This document shows positions 48,032 to 58,155 of a stretch of 64,000 bases of DNA, one piece after another. The DNA comes from Desulfuromonadales bacterium (GTDB lineage Bacteria > Desulfobacterota > Desulfuromonadia > Desulfuromonadales > SZUA-540): contig JAWSUS010000009.1 in assembly GCA_033549025.1 (NCBI GenBank), positions 34,207 through 98,206 of the forward strand, in the 5' to 3' direction. How positions within the stretch are numbered: position 1 is the stretch's first letter; the number at the start of each line of letters is the position of its first letter. The notes under the pieces are model-generated. The model was not told the DNA's origin, did not search any database, and saw only the letters and a program-made list of their open reading frames with translations. The position numbers were made by a program, and so were the translations under genes.

Positions 48032-49012
48032 ATGGAAAATATGGTGAAAAAGTTGAAAAGCAAGCCGACCCGCTCCTCGGAGACGGTCGGCATCAGCCTC
48101 CGCGAAGAAGGCATCGCTTTTGCCCAGGTGCGCTGGCAGAACGGCCGCCCGCATCTGCTTGATTGCGAATTCCTGCCGGCCCAGGCCGGAGAGGCCAGCA
48201 CGGTGCTGATGGGTCAGGTTTCCCGCTTGCGCCTGGCCCGGCATCGCTGTGTCGGCGTTCTGACGGGTGACGACTACAGCTTGCTGCAGATCGAGCCGCC
48301 GGCCGTGCCGCGGGAAGAATGGCGTGAAGCGGTACGCTGGCAGATTCGCGAGTTGATCGACTATCCCTTGGATGAAGCGGTGGTCGATGTTTTTTCCGTG
48401 CCGACGGATGCCCGGCCGGGACGCCAGGCCATTGCTTACGCGGTGGCGGCTCCCCGTCAGGTGGTGCGAGAGACCGCGAACTGTCTTGTGACGGCTCGCC
48501 TGAAGATCGCCGCCATCGACATTCCCGAGCTGGCCGTACGCAATCTGGTCGGGCTCCTCCCCGGTGAGGAGCGGGGGCTGGCCTTCCTTTATCTGGGGCG
48601 CCATGGCGGCGGCATCGTCATCGTGCGTGACGGGCACCTCTATCTGTCGCGGCGCCTCAATGTCGGCACCGATTCGTTGCGGGAGTTGGCTCCGGTTACC
48701 GCCGGTGAGGACCTGATAGACCTCTCCTCCCGCTTCAATGACCTGCTGGATTCCATCGTTCTGGAGATTCAGCGTTCACTGGACTTCTATGAGAGCAACT
48801 TTGCATTGCCGCCCATCGCCAACCTGATTCTGGCCCCGATGGAAGCAGACCTGCCCCAGGTGCTGCCCTACCTGCAGCAGTATCTCGGCGTCAAGGTGGA
48901 GGCTCTGGACCTGGGTGTTCTTTTTGATCTGCCCGCCCTGACACCGCAGATCCAGTCCCGTTGCCTGACGGCCATTGGCGGAGCTCTTCGTGCTCAGCAG
49001 GTGACGCCATGA
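48032..49012 (+). CDS. mshI: MSHA biogenesis protein MshI (PilM-like)
   Basis: YSLLQIEPPAVP..EWREAVRWQI, AIDIPELAVRNL, LEIQRSLDFYE; first gene of the msh cluster. Confidence 0.8.
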   Translation: MENMVKKLKSKPTRSSETVGISLREEGIAFAQVRWQNGRPHLLDCEFLPAQAGEASTVLMGQVSRLRLARHRCVGVLTGDDYSLLQIEPPAVPREEWREAVRWQIRELIDYPLDEAVVDVFSVPTDARPGRQAIAYAVAAPRQVVRETANCLVTARLKIAAIDIPELAVRNLVGLLPGEERGLAFLYLGRHGGGIVIVRDGHLYLSRRLNVGTDSLRELAPVTAGEDLIDLSSRFNDLLDSIVLEIQRSLDFYESNFALPPIANLILAPMEADLPQVLPYLQQYLGVKVEALDLGVLFDLPALTPQIQSRCLTAIGGALRAQQVTP

Positions 49013-49611
49013 ACCAGGAGATCAATCTCTACCAGCCGTCGGTGCTGGAGAAAAAAGAACCCCTGTCGGCAGCCCGCATGCTGGCCCTGGCCCTGATGGG
49101 GCTGGTGCTGCTGGCGGGTTATTACGCCTACGCCGCCTGGCAGGTCCGTGAGCTGGATCAGCAAGCCCACACGCTGGAAGCCCGGCAGTCGGCGCTGACC
49201 GCGCAGATCACCTCGTTGCAGGAGGGGGCTTCCCGGCAAAAAAGCCCGCTGCTGCAGCACGAGGTCGAGCGTCTGACTGCGGAGCTGGCGGCCAAAGAAC
49301 CCCTGCTGCACCTGTTCGAGCAGCCCAGGGGAGACGCCGTGCCCGCTTTTTCCACCTATCTTGAAGGGCTGTCCCGGCGAACTCCGGCCGGGTTGTGGTT
49401 GACCCGCATCGTTGTGGCGCCAAAGCCCGGGGACTCCCTCCTGGAAGGGGGCTGCCTCAAGGCGGAGACCGTGCCCGCCTTCCTGCAGGAACTGCAGAAA
49501 GAGCCGGCCTTTGCGGGACTGGCCTTTTCTTCCTTCCAGCTTTTCCGTTCCGACATGGAGCCGCGCTTTATCAATTTTGTGCTCGAAACCCGCCAGGAGG
49601 AGAGACCATGA
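49009..49611 (+). CDS. MSHA biogenesis PilN-like protein
   Basis: QEINLY motif, single TM, coiled coil, GLWLTRI; ATG at 49009 overlaps the upstream stop. Confidence 0.78.
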   Translation: MNQEINLYQPSVLEKKEPLSAARMLALALMGLVLLAGYYAYAAWQVRELDQQAHTLEARQSALTAQITSLQEGASRQKSPLLQHEVERLTAELAAKEPLLHLFEQPRGDAVPAFSTYLEGLSRRTPAGLWLTRIVVAPKPGDSLLEGGCLKAETVPAFLQELQKEPAFAGLAFSSFQLFRSDMEPRFINFVLETRQEERP

Positions 49612-50285
49612 AGACGTCTTCGGCAAAACTCTCCGCCTGGAAAGAGAACCTGGAAAAACGCTCTCTGCGCGAAAAGATCCTGCTCATCGCCGCGGTATGG
49701 GCCATCGGCTATCTGGTGCTGGATGTGATGGCCTTTAGTCCCTTGGCGGCCCGGCAGAAGGCGGCTCGCCAGCGCCTGGAAATCTCCCGGTCGCAGCTGC
49801 CGCAACTCGAAGCGCAGGTGGTTGCTCTTCAGCAACAGGCCGCCGGTGATCCGGACCAGGAGAACCGCCGCCGCCTGGCCGAACTGCAGGCGCGAATGAC
49901 AGAGCTCGACGCCCGTCTGCAGGATCTGACCCTGGAGCTGATCTCGCCCCGGGAGATGTCCCGCGTGCTGGAAGAAGTGCTGCTGCGTCAGCGGGGTCTG
50001 CGCCTGGTGCGAGCCGAGAACCTGCAGCCAGAACCGTTGCTGACGGAACCTGCCGGAGAGGCCGACCTCGATGCACCGGCGGCTCTCAACGTCTACCGGC
50101 ACGGGCTGCGGCTGGAATTCGTCGGCAGTTACGCCCAGATCGTCGATTGCCTGCGGGCCCTGGAGGGGATCGAACGCCAGCTCGTCTGGACCTCCTTCGA
50201 ACTGCAGGTGGAAGAGCACCCCCGGTCGCGTGTGGTGCTGACCGTGCATACCCTGAGCCTGAAGAAGGAGTGGATCGGTGTCTAG
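49608..50285 (+). CDS. mshJ: MSHA biogenesis protein MshJ (PilO/GspM-like)
   Basis: SLREKILL + TM, LISPREM, YRHGLRLEFVGSY, VHTLSLKKEWIGV; start 49608 with AGGAG RBS. Confidence 0.82.
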   Translation: MKTSSAKLSAWKENLEKRSLREKILLIAAVWAIGYLVLDVMAFSPLAARQKAARQRLEISRSQLPQLEAQVVALQQQAAGDPDQENRRRLAELQARMTELDARLQDLTLELISPREMSRVLEEVLLRQRGLRLVRAENLQPEPLLTEPAGEADLDAPAALNVYRHGLRLEFVGSYAQIVDCLRALEGIERQLVWTSFELQVEEHPRSRVVLTVHTLSLKKEWIGV

Positions 50286-50655
50286 TTCGCATCTGCACAT
50301 CTGTTTTGGCTCCGTGCTCTGCGGCCTGTTCCTGCTGACCACTGCAGCGGGTCTGTGCGCCGAGCCCCTGCGGGACCCGACCCGACCTCCTCGCGTGCAG
50401 GCAGCGTCCGCCCCGGCCGAAAGGACTACAGGCTGGCAGGTCAGTTCTATCCTGATTTCCCCCGGCCGCCGTGTCGCCACGGTTAACGGCAAGGCTGTTC
50501 AGGTTGGTGACCGTATAGCGGGCGCCCGTGTCACGGCTATCGCCGCTGATTACGTGCGGCTGCGCCATGAGAACAAGGAATTCACTGTCCAGCTGCAGAG
50601 GCAGCGGATTAAAGAGCCGGTGCAAAAGGCCGGTGCAAACGACGAGGGAAAATGA
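50278..50655 (+). CDS. mshK: MSHA biogenesis protein MshK
   Basis: Signal peptide, LRDPTRPP, A.VNGK.V.VGD.I.GA.V pattern; synteny. Confidence 0.8.
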   Translation: MSSSHLHICFGSVLCGLFLLTTAAGLCAEPLRDPTRPPRVQAASAPAERTTGWQVSSILISPGRRVATVNGKAVQVGDRIAGARVTAIAADYVRLRHENKEFTVQLQRQRIKEPVQKAGANDEGK

Positions 50656-52361
50656 TGCGAAGGTCTGCCTGTTTTATTTCGAGGATTCTGCTGCTGACTG
50701 CCTTGCTGGGCCTCTCGGCCTGCCTTCCCGCCAGGGGACCGGCTGTCGAGGAGGGTATCGCCGACGCACTGAGTCAACCGGTTTCCAACGCTCCGAGGCC
50801 CGCCGCGCCGGAAATTCCGCCGGCCGTCGCCTCCGCGCTGCTGAGCCCGCTGGATGCCGGTCTGGGTCGGCCCGAGCTTGACGTGGAGCCTCGCTTCGAC
50901 ATCGTCGCCGAACAGACGCCCGCCCGTCAGTTTTTCACCGGTCTGGTGGCGGGAACGGCCACCAACATGGTCGTCCATCCCGAGGTCACCGGCGACATCT
51001 CCCTGACCATGAAAAACGCCAGCATCCCGGAGGTGCTCGAAGTGGTGCGCAGCGTTTTCGGCTATGAATACCGTCTGCACGGCAACACCTATCAAATTCT
51101 GCCGGCCGGACTGCAGTCCCGCATCTTTCCGGTGAACTATCTCAACCTCTCCCGCAAGGGGCTCTCCCAGACACGGGTCAGTTCGGGCCAGGTCAGCGAA
51201 GCGGAGAGCGGGGACGATGAAGAAAACGACAGCAGCAGCGACCGCCGCTCCAAGGCCGTCTCCGGCAGCCGCATCGACACCGAGTCGATGGCCGACTTCT
51301 GGAAGGAGCTCGAATACGCCCTGCGCACCCTCATCGGCGCCGAGGACGGCCGCCGCGTGGTGGTGCAGCCCCAGGCCAGCGTCGTCATCGTGCGCGCCAT
51401 GCCCGAGGAGCTGCGCGAGGTCGAAAGCTATCTGACCGCCATGCAGGGTAATCTACAGCGCCAGGTCATTCTCGAAGCCAAGATCCTTGAGGTCGAACTC
51501 AACGACGGCTTCCAGTCGGGCATCAACTGGGCGGCGCTGGGCCGGCCTTCCGACGGCAAGTCGCTGGTGATCGGCCAGACCGGTGGCGGCTCTTTTTTTA
51601 ACAGCGGTGCCTCCGAAATCGTCGGCAATACGGGTATTCTCAACCCGAACGCCCTGACGATGGTGGAAGGGACGGCGACTTCGGCCTTTGGCGGCGTTTT
51701 CTCCGCCGCCCTCGATTTCAAGGATTTCACCGCTTTCATCGAGCTGCTGGAATCCCAGGGCGAGGTGCAGGTGCTCTCCAGCCCGCGCATTTCCACCGTC
51801 AATAACCAGAAAGCTGTCATCAAGGTCGGTACCGATGAGTTCTTTGTCACCGACATCTCGAGCACCACGGTGACTGGCACCACCACCACGACGACGCCGG
51901 ACATCACCCTGACGCCGTTCTTCTCCGGCATTGCCCTCGACGTGACCCCGCAGATCGACCACAACGGTCAGGTCACCCTGCATATCCACCCGACGGTGAG
52001 CGAGGTGCAGGATCAGCAGAAGACCATCACCGTGGCCAACCAGGAACAGCAACTGCCCCTGGCCTTTTCCAGCGTGCGCGAGTCGGACAGCATCGTCAGT
52101 GCCACCAGCGGGCAGGTCGTGGTCATCGGCGGCTTGATGAAGAATCAGAAGTCCAGGCAAAAAGCGTCCGTGCCGCTGCTCGGGCGCATCCCCCTGCTCG
52201 GCCACCTCTTCTCCCACAATCAGATGGTGTCCAGAAAGAGCGAGCTGGTCATTCTGCTCCGTCCCCAGGTGGTCGACAATGGCCGGGTCTGGGAACGGGA
52301 GCTGGAAAACACGCGCAACCGCGTCCAGTCCCTGGGCGGGGCCATGGGCCGCACCTGGTAG
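50652..52361 (+). CDS. mshL: MSHA outer-membrane secretin MshL
   Basis: LSAC lipobox, FPVNYL, RQVILEAKILEV, SSPRISTVNNQKAVIKVG, TPFFSGIALDVTPQI, SELVILLRP. Confidence 0.92.
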   Translation: MMRRSACFISRILLLTALLGLSACLPARGPAVEEGIADALSQPVSNAPRPAAPEIPPAVASALLSPLDAGLGRPELDVEPRFDIVAEQTPARQFFTGLVAGTATNMVVHPEVTGDISLTMKNASIPEVLEVVRSVFGYEYRLHGNTYQILPAGLQSRIFPVNYLNLSRKGLSQTRVSSGQVSEAESGDDEENDSSSDRRSKAVSGSRIDTESMADFWKELEYALRTLIGAEDGRRVVVQPQASVVIVRAMPEELREVESYLTAMQGNLQRQVILEAKILEVELNDGFQSGINWAALGRPSDGKSLVIGQTGGGSFFNSGASEIVGNTGILNPNALTMVEGTATSAFGGVFSAALDFKDFTAFIELLESQGEVQVLSSPRISTVNNQKAVIKVGTDEFFVTDISSTTVTGTTTTTTPDITLTPFFSGIALDVTPQIDHNGQVTLHIHPTVSEVQDQQKTITVANQEQQLPLAFSSVRESDSIVSATSGQVVVIGGLMKNQKSRQKASVPLLGRIPLLGHLFSHNQMVSRKSELVILLRPQVVDNGRVWERELENTRNRVQSLGGAMGRTW

Positions 52362-52406
52362 GATGTGAACGCTCTGGCGGCGAGGGTCTGCCGCCTGAGG
52401 AGGACC

Positions 52407-53330
52407 ATGCTTTATCTGCAACATTTCGGACTGCGCGAGCCGCCGTTTTCCCTGACGCCGGACACGGGCTTCTTCTATAACACCAGCGGACACCGAGAGG
52501 CCCTGGAGGTGCTGCGGGTCGCTCTGCGCTCCGGCGAAGGCTTTATCAAGATCATCGGCGAGGTCGGCACCGGCAAAACCCTGCTGTGTCGCAAATTGCT
52601 CAACGCGCTGGATGAAGAGGCCTGGGCGACCGCCTATCTGCCCAATCCGTTACTGGGCGTGGCGGAGCTCTACCGGGCCCTGGCCGACGAACTCGGGATT
52701 GGCCTGCCGGCCAAAGCGACGGTCAACGACAGCCTCAAGGCGATCAACAGTCAGCTTATCGAGCTGGCCCGCCAAGGTCGCCGGGTCGTTCTCTGCATCG
52801 ATGAGGTGCAGGTCATGCCCGAGAAAAGTCTGGAAGCTTTGCGGCTGCTCAGCAATCTGGAGACGGAGAAACGCAAGCTGCTGCAGATCGTACTCTTTGC
52901 CCAGCCGGAGCTCGATGACCGTCTGCAGCAGCCGGGACTTCGCCAGCTGCGCCAGCGTCTCGCCTTCAGCTATCGCCTGCCGCCCCTGGACTACCAGGGT
53001 GTCAGCGGCTATGTGGGGCATCGTCTGCTGGTGGCCGGTCATCAGGGAGGCGCCCTCTTTGCGCCGGCCGCCCTGAAGCTGCTGGCGCGGGGGAGTCGAG
53101 GCATCCCCCGGCTCATCAACATTCTCTGTCACAAGGCGATGCTCGCCGCCTATGGGCGGGGGGAGAGCCTGATCGGGTCGCGCCACATGCTGGCCGCCAT
53201 CCGGGATACGGATGACGCGCAGGCAAGCACCTGGAAGGAGTACCTGCCCTGGCTCTATGCCCTGGCCGCCCTGATCATAGGGCTGGAAATTTCGGCGCTG
53301 GTCTATCTCACCCGGGGTGGTGCTTCATGA
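52407..53330 (+). CDS. mshM: MshM / ExeA-family AAA ATPase
   Basis: YLQHFGLREPPFSLTP, GEVGTGKT, IDEVQ, GIPRLIN; C-terminal TM; GAGGAGG RBS. Confidence 0.88.
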   Translation: MLYLQHFGLREPPFSLTPDTGFFYNTSGHREALEVLRVALRSGEGFIKIIGEVGTGKTLLCRKLLNALDEEAWATAYLPNPLLGVAELYRALADELGIGLPAKATVNDSLKAINSQLIELARQGRRVVLCIDEVQVMPEKSLEALRLLSNLETEKRKLLQIVLFAQPELDDRLQQPGLRQLRQRLAFSYRLPPLDYQGVSGYVGHRLLVAGHQGGALFAPAALKLLARGSRGIPRLINILCHKAMLAAYGRGESLIGSRHMLAAIRDTDDAQASTWKEYLPWLYALAALIIGLEISALVYLTRGGAS

Positions 53331-54412
53331 GTCTGCTCAACCAGATGCTCAAAGACCTGGAAAAACGGCAGGCCACCGCCGGCGATCCAACCGGGTTGCC
53401 CGGCACCGGCGCCGGAGCGAAGGGGCCGCGGCGCTTTGGGGTCCTGTTGTGGGTTCTGCTGGCGCTGGCTCTGGTGCTCGGTGGGCTTGTGTTCTGGTTG
53501 AGCACCGGTCATCGGGCGGGCAAAAACGTGCCCTTGGCCGTGGAACAGGTGGAACCGAGAAAGATGCCGGTTTCGGCGGCGGTGGAAACAACTCCCTCTG
53601 CTGAACCCGCAGGGGCGGTTTCCGAAGCGCCCGCTCTACCGCCAGTGATGGAGACAGAGGTGATGAACGCCCCGGCCGAGACGCCTGTCGTGAAGGCCGC
53701 GCCGGTGAAAGAAACGGTATCCTCGCTGAGTGAGTCGGTTGAGCCGCCGGAGCTGCCGGTGGCGGCACCGCCGTCGCCAAAAACACCCCCGGCATCTGAG
53801 CCGGCGGCACTGGTGAAGACGCCGCGCCCCCTGTCCCCGAAAGAACAGGCCCGGGTCCGTTTCGCCGAGGGTGAAGCGGCCCTGAAGGACGGGCGGCTGC
53901 CCGAGGCCGAACAGGCCTGGCGACAGGCCTTGCGTCTGGATCCGGCTCAGCACGAGTCCCGGGAGAAACTGGCGGCGTTGCTGGCCGGCGCCGGTCGCCG
54001 CGTCGAAGCGGAGAAGGTTTACGCCGCCGGTTTGGAGAGTGACCCCGCGCACAGTCCTTTCCGCCGGGGCTACGCCCGCTTGCTGGCCGAAAGAGATGAG
54101 CTGTCGACGGCCCGCGAGGTGCTCCGGCAGGGGCCGGTTCCGACTGTGGCTGCCGATCCCGACTACCACGCCCTCTTTGCCGCCCTGTCCCAACGGCTTG
54201 GCGATTACGCTGCTGCTGCCGCTACCTACAACCTGCTATTGCAGCAGGACCCGGCCTCGGGCGTGAGCTGGCTGGGATTGGGGCTGGCCCTGGAGAGTGA
54301 TGGCCGCGCGCCCGAGGCGGTGGAGGCCTATCGGCAGGCCACCGCCAGCGGCAGCCTGCAGCCCGACCTGCTGTCTTATGTGCGCGGGCGTCTTGACATG
54401 TTGGAGCGGTAG
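53327..54412 (+). CDS. mshN: MshN TPR protein
   Basis: MSLLNQMLKDLEKR, TM, Pro/Ala linker, TPR repeats ending WLGLGLALE. Confidence 0.82.
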   Translation: MSLLNQMLKDLEKRQATAGDPTGLPGTGAGAKGPRRFGVLLWVLLALALVLGGLVFWLSTGHRAGKNVPLAVEQVEPRKMPVSAAVETTPSAEPAGAVSEAPALPPVMETEVMNAPAETPVVKAAPVKETVSSLSESVEPPELPVAAPPSPKTPPASEPAALVKTPRPLSPKEQARVRFAEGEAALKDGRLPEAEQAWRQALRLDPAQHESREKLAALLAGAGRRVEAEKVYAAGLESDPAHSPFRRGYARLLAERDELSTAREVLRQGPVPTVAADPDYHALFAALSQRLGDYAAAAATYNLLLQQDPASGVSWLGLGLALESDGRAPEAVEAYRQATASGSLQPDLLSYVRGRLDMLER

Positions 54413-54468
54413 ACGAAACAGAACTTTTTCGTCCTTACGGGACGGCCAAATGAATTTGAGGTTAGACG

Positions 54469-56205
54469 ATGAGCATCCGCCAAAAAATCCGCATCGGTGA
54501 CCTACTGGTGCAGAACGGCATCATCAGCGAGAAGCAGCTGGAAACGGCCTTGGCTACCCAGAAGAAGACGGGGACCAAGCTCGGCAACACCCTGATCGAA
54601 CTCGGCTACGTCAGCTCCCAGCGCTTTCTCGAATTTCTGGGCGAGCAGCTGCGCATTCCCTATGTCGATCTCAAGTTCTACCAGTACAAGGCCGAGATCG
54701 TGCGGCTGCTGCCCGAGACCTTCTCCCGGCGTTACCGGGCCATTGTTCTGGCCGAGGCTCCTGATCACCTGCTGGTGGGGATGGCCGACCCCACCGATAT
54801 CTTCGCTTACGACGAGCTGGTCAAAATTCTCAAGCGCCCCGTCAAGCTGGCCGTCGTACGCGAGACCGACCTGCTGCGCACCATCGACAGCGTCTATCGC
54901 CGCACCGATGAGATCGTCAACATCGCCGAAGAGCTGGGGGAAGAACTCTCCCAGGGGGATGTCAACCTGGCCGATCTCCTGCCCGACAGTCAGCTGGAGG
55001 ATGCCCCCGTCGTCCGCCTGCTGCGCTCCCTCTTTGAAGACGCCGTGCAGGTGGGGGCGTCGGACATCCACATCGAGCCGGACGAAAAGGTCCTGCGCAT
55101 CCGCCAGCGCATCGACGGCGTGTTGCAGGAGCAGGTGATGAAGGAGAAGCGCATCGCCGCCGCCCTCGTCTCCCGTCTCAAGCTCATGAGCGGTCTGGAT
55201 ATCTCCGAGCGCCGCCTCCCCCAGGACGGCCGTTTCAACATCAAGGTGCGCGGACGCAGTGTCGACGTGCGTCTCTCCACCATGCCCCTGCAGTATGGCG
55301 AGTCGGTGGTCATGCGCCTGCTCGATCAGTCCGGCGGTATTCTCAGCCTCGACCAGGTGGGAATGCCCGACCATCTCCTGCGGCGCTTTCGCGCTCTGGT
55401 TACCCGGCCTCACGGCATGGTGCTGGTCACCGGCCCCACCGGCAGCGGCAAAACCACGACCCTGTACGCCGCCCTCAACGAGCTGAACCAGGCGGAGAAG
55501 AAGATCATTACCGTTGAGGATCCGGTCGAATACCGCGTGCCGCGCATCAACCAGGTACAGGTTCATCCCCGCATCGGTCTGACCTTCGCCAGCGTGCTGC
55601 GGGCCGGTCTGCGCCAGGATCCCGACGTCATCATGGTTGGCGAAATGCGCGACCAGGAGACGGCCGAGATCGGTCTGCGGGCGGCCATGACCGGTCACAT
55701 GGTGCTCTCGACGCTGCACACCAACGACGCGGTGAGCACAGCCCTGCGCCTGCTCGACATGGAGGCGGAGGGCTATGTGGTGGCCAGCGCCCTCAATGCC
55801 GTCCTTGCCCAGCGCCTGGTGCGACGCCTGTGCGACAGCTGCACCGTCGAGGCCGAACCGGACCCCCGCCAGGCCAGTTGGCTGCGGGCCACGGTCGGTT
55901 CGAAAGGGACGGAGCTGAAATTCAAGAAGGGGACCGGCTGCCCCAACTGTAATAACACCGGCTACCAGGGTCGCATCGGTATTTTTGAGCTGCTGGAGAT
56001 CGACCACGCCCTGGCCGATGCTCTGCGCCGCAACGACAACGCCGCCTTCGCCAGTGCCGCCCACAAGCAGAAGGGTTTTCAGCCTTTGGCCCTGTGCGCC
56101 CTGAAGTACGCCGCCGAAGGGACCACCAGTCTGGACGAGGTTCTGCGCATCGCCGGGCAGGTGGAAGAGTTCGAGACGGACGACGAACAAGTCGCGGCGA
56201 ATTAA
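54469..56205 (+). CDS. mshE: MSHA extension ATPase MshE with MshEN c-di-GMP-binding domain
   Basis: RIGDLLVQNG..QLETALATQ motif, ASDIHIEP, GPTGSGKTTT, RQDPDVIMVGEMRD, two CxxC. Confidence 0.93.
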   Translation: MSIRQKIRIGDLLVQNGIISEKQLETALATQKKTGTKLGNTLIELGYVSSQRFLEFLGEQLRIPYVDLKFYQYKAEIVRLLPETFSRRYRAIVLAEAPDHLLVGMADPTDIFAYDELVKILKRPVKLAVVRETDLLRTIDSVYRRTDEIVNIAEELGEELSQGDVNLADLLPDSQLEDAPVVRLLRSLFEDAVQVGASDIHIEPDEKVLRIRQRIDGVLQEQVMKEKRIAAALVSRLKLMSGLDISERRLPQDGRFNIKVRGRSVDVRLSTMPLQYGESVVMRLLDQSGGILSLDQVGMPDHLLRRFRALVTRPHGMVLVTGPTGSGKTTTLYAALNELNQAEKKIITVEDPVEYRVPRINQVQVHPRIGLTFASVLRAGLRQDPDVIMVGEMRDQETAEIGLRAAMTGHMVLSTLHTNDAVSTALRLLDMEAEGYVVASALNAVLAQRLVRRLCDSCTVEAEPDPRQASWLRATVGSKGTELKFKKGTGCPNCNNTGYQGRIGIFELLEIDHALADALRRNDNAAFASAAHKQKGFQPLALCALKYAAEGTTSLDEVLRIAGQVEEFETDDEQVAAN

Positions 56206-56253
56206 CGGTTAGACAAGGTCTGCGAAGGACTCTGAAGACTTAACGGATAGACG

Positions 56254-57477
56254 ATGGCGAACTTTCATTACAAGGCGCGCAACGCGCAGGGAAAGCTGGT
56301 TGAGGGGACGGTCGAAGCGCCGTCAGCCGAGGCCGTGGCCTCCCAGTTGCTCGAGGGCGCCATGACGCCCGTCGCCATCCGTGAAGCTGCCCGGGAAATC
56401 GACCTGGGGGCCCTGTTTCGGGAAAAATTCCGTCGCGGCGGCGGGGTGGAGCTCGACGACCTCATCCTCTTCTGCCGGCAGATGTACACCCTGACCAAAG
56501 CCGGCGTGCCGATCATCCGGGCCCTCAAGGGACTGGTGGAGACGGCCAGAAAGCCGCAGATGGGGCGGACCCTCAAGGCCGTCTGCGACGATCTCGAAGC
56601 GGGACGCGATCTCTCCGGCGCCCTGGCCCGGCATCCCAAGGTCTTTCCCCTGTTGCTGACCAGCATGGTGCAGGTGGGGGAGAGTACCGGCAAACTGGAT
56701 GACACCTTTCTGCAGGTGGCCAACTATCTGACCCTCGAAAAGGATACTATCGACCGGGTCAAGCAGGCCATGCGCTACCCCACCTTTGTGGTGGTGGCCA
56801 TCAGCATCGCCATCGCCATTCTGAGCCTTTTCGTCATTCCAACTTTCGAAAAGGTGTTCAAGGGATTCGGCGCCGAGCTACCGCTGCCGACCAAGATCAT
56901 CCTCAGCCTGTCGCGCTTTTCCGTCACCTACTGGCCGCATCTTCTGCTGGCGCTGGTGGCGATCTCCTTCGGTGTGCGCCAGTGGCTCAAAACCGAGCGG
57001 GGGCGTTACCTGTGGGATCGGGCCAAACTGCGTCTGCCCGTGGTGGGGAGCATCATCCAGCGGGCCACCCTGACCCGCTTCGCCCGCGCCTTCTCCATGG
57101 GCTTTACTGCCGGCGTCCCCCTGGTGCAGGCCCTGAGTTTTACGGCGCGGGCGGTGGACAACGTCTATGTCGGCGAGCGGCTGGAGCAGATGCGCCACAA
57201 CATCGAACGGGGCGACACCCTCACCCGCAGCGCCCGTGCCACCGAGATGTTCACCCCCCTGGTGCTGCAGATGCTGGCCGTCGGCGAGGAGACCGGCGCC
57301 GTCGACCAGATGCTGCTGGAGGTGGCCGAGTTCTACGAACGCGAAGTCGATTACGACCTCAAAAATATCACCAGCGCCATCGAGCCGATCCTCATCGTCT
57401 TTATCGGCGGTATGGTCCTGGTGCTGGCCCTCGGGGTCTTTCTGCCCATGTGGAACCTGTCGCAGGTGGCGCGTTGA
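56254..57477 (+). CDS. mshG: MSHA inner-membrane platform protein MshG (PilC/GspF family)
   Basis: LTKAGVPI, VGESTGKLD, AMRYP, VGEETG, IEPILI, VFLPMW. Confidence 0.92.
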   Translation: MANFHYKARNAQGKLVEGTVEAPSAEAVASQLLEGAMTPVAIREAAREIDLGALFREKFRRGGGVELDDLILFCRQMYTLTKAGVPIIRALKGLVETARKPQMGRTLKAVCDDLEAGRDLSGALARHPKVFPLLLTSMVQVGESTGKLDDTFLQVANYLTLEKDTIDRVKQAMRYPTFVVVAISIAIAILSLFVIPTFEKVFKGFGAELPLPTKIILSLSRFSVTYWPHLLLALVAISFGVRQWLKTERGRYLWDRAKLRLPVVGSIIQRATLTRFARAFSMGFTAGVPLVQALSFTARAVDNVYVGERLEQMRHNIERGDTLTRSARATEMFTPLVLQMLAVGEETGAVDQMLLEVAEFYEREVDYDLKNITSAIEPILIVFIGGMVLVLALGVFLPMWNLSQVAR

Positions 57478-57478
57478 G

Positions 57479-58057
57479 ATGACGGCTGCTGAAAGAGAAG
57501 TCAAAAACCCGACATGGCTGGGGCAGGGCGGCTTCACCCTGCTGGAGCTAATCGTGGTGGTGGCGATTGTCGCCATCCTCTTCACCGTCGGACTGAACAA
57601 ATATCTCGAGCTGCTCGTCGAGGTCGAGCGGGCCACCATGGAGCAGAATATCGGTATCATGCGCAGCGCCGTGGCCATGCAGGTGGCGAAGAAAATCGTC
57701 GGGGATGACCTCGACGGTCTTGGCGAGCTGGCCGAGAGCAATCCCATGGCGTATCTGGCCGAGCAGCCGCAAAACTATCTCGGCGAGTTTCAGAGCGCCG
57801 ACCCCGCCGCCATCGAAGGGGGACAGTGGTACTTCGAGAAGGCGGGTAATTACCTGGTCTACCGGGTGAAGAATACAGACTACTTTCAGGGCGGACTGGC
57901 CGGGCCGAAGCGGGTGCGCTTCCAGATTGACCTGGTCTACGCCGACCACAACGGCTCCGGCCGTTTCGAACCGAAAATCGATGCGCTGGAGGGTCTGCGC
58001 CTGGCCGCGCTGGAACCTTACCAATGGCTGAAGAAACGACAGGCAAAGGAGGATTGA
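57479..58057 (+). CDS. type IV pilin-like protein (MshF/MshB position)
   Basis: Class III signal GG|FTLLELIVVV with E5; ATG at 57479 right after the mshG stop. Confidence 0.8.
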   Translation: MTAAEREVKNPTWLGQGGFTLLELIVVVAIVAILFTVGLNKYLELLVEVERATMEQNIGIMRSAVAMQVAKKIVGDDLDGLGELAESNPMAYLAEQPQNYLGEFQSADPAAIEGGQWYFEKAGNYLVYRVKNTDYFQGGLAGPKRVRFQIDLVYADHNGSGRFEPKIDALEGLRLAALEPYQWLKKRQAKED

Positions 58058-58085
58058 CGTAGAAAACAGATCGACTGGATAAAAG

Positions 58086-58101
58086 TGGTATTGAAGTTGC
58101 T
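58086..58101 (+). promoter_or_regulatory. sigma-54 (-24/-12) promoter of major pilin
   Basis: TGGTATTGAAGTTGCT: GG-N10-GC with TTGCT -12 box, 55 nt upstream of the ATG. Confidence 0.7.
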
Positions 58102-58155
58102 AAAGGGTAAGAGACGGTTTACTACACTAACAAAGGAACAAGGAGGATTTTTGCA

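Noticed and set aside
45186..56190. Long minus-strand ORFs (45186-46964, 49356-50492, 51453-52493, 54502-56190)
   Set aside because: All lie opposite well-supported helicase or msh genes and lack recognisable domains
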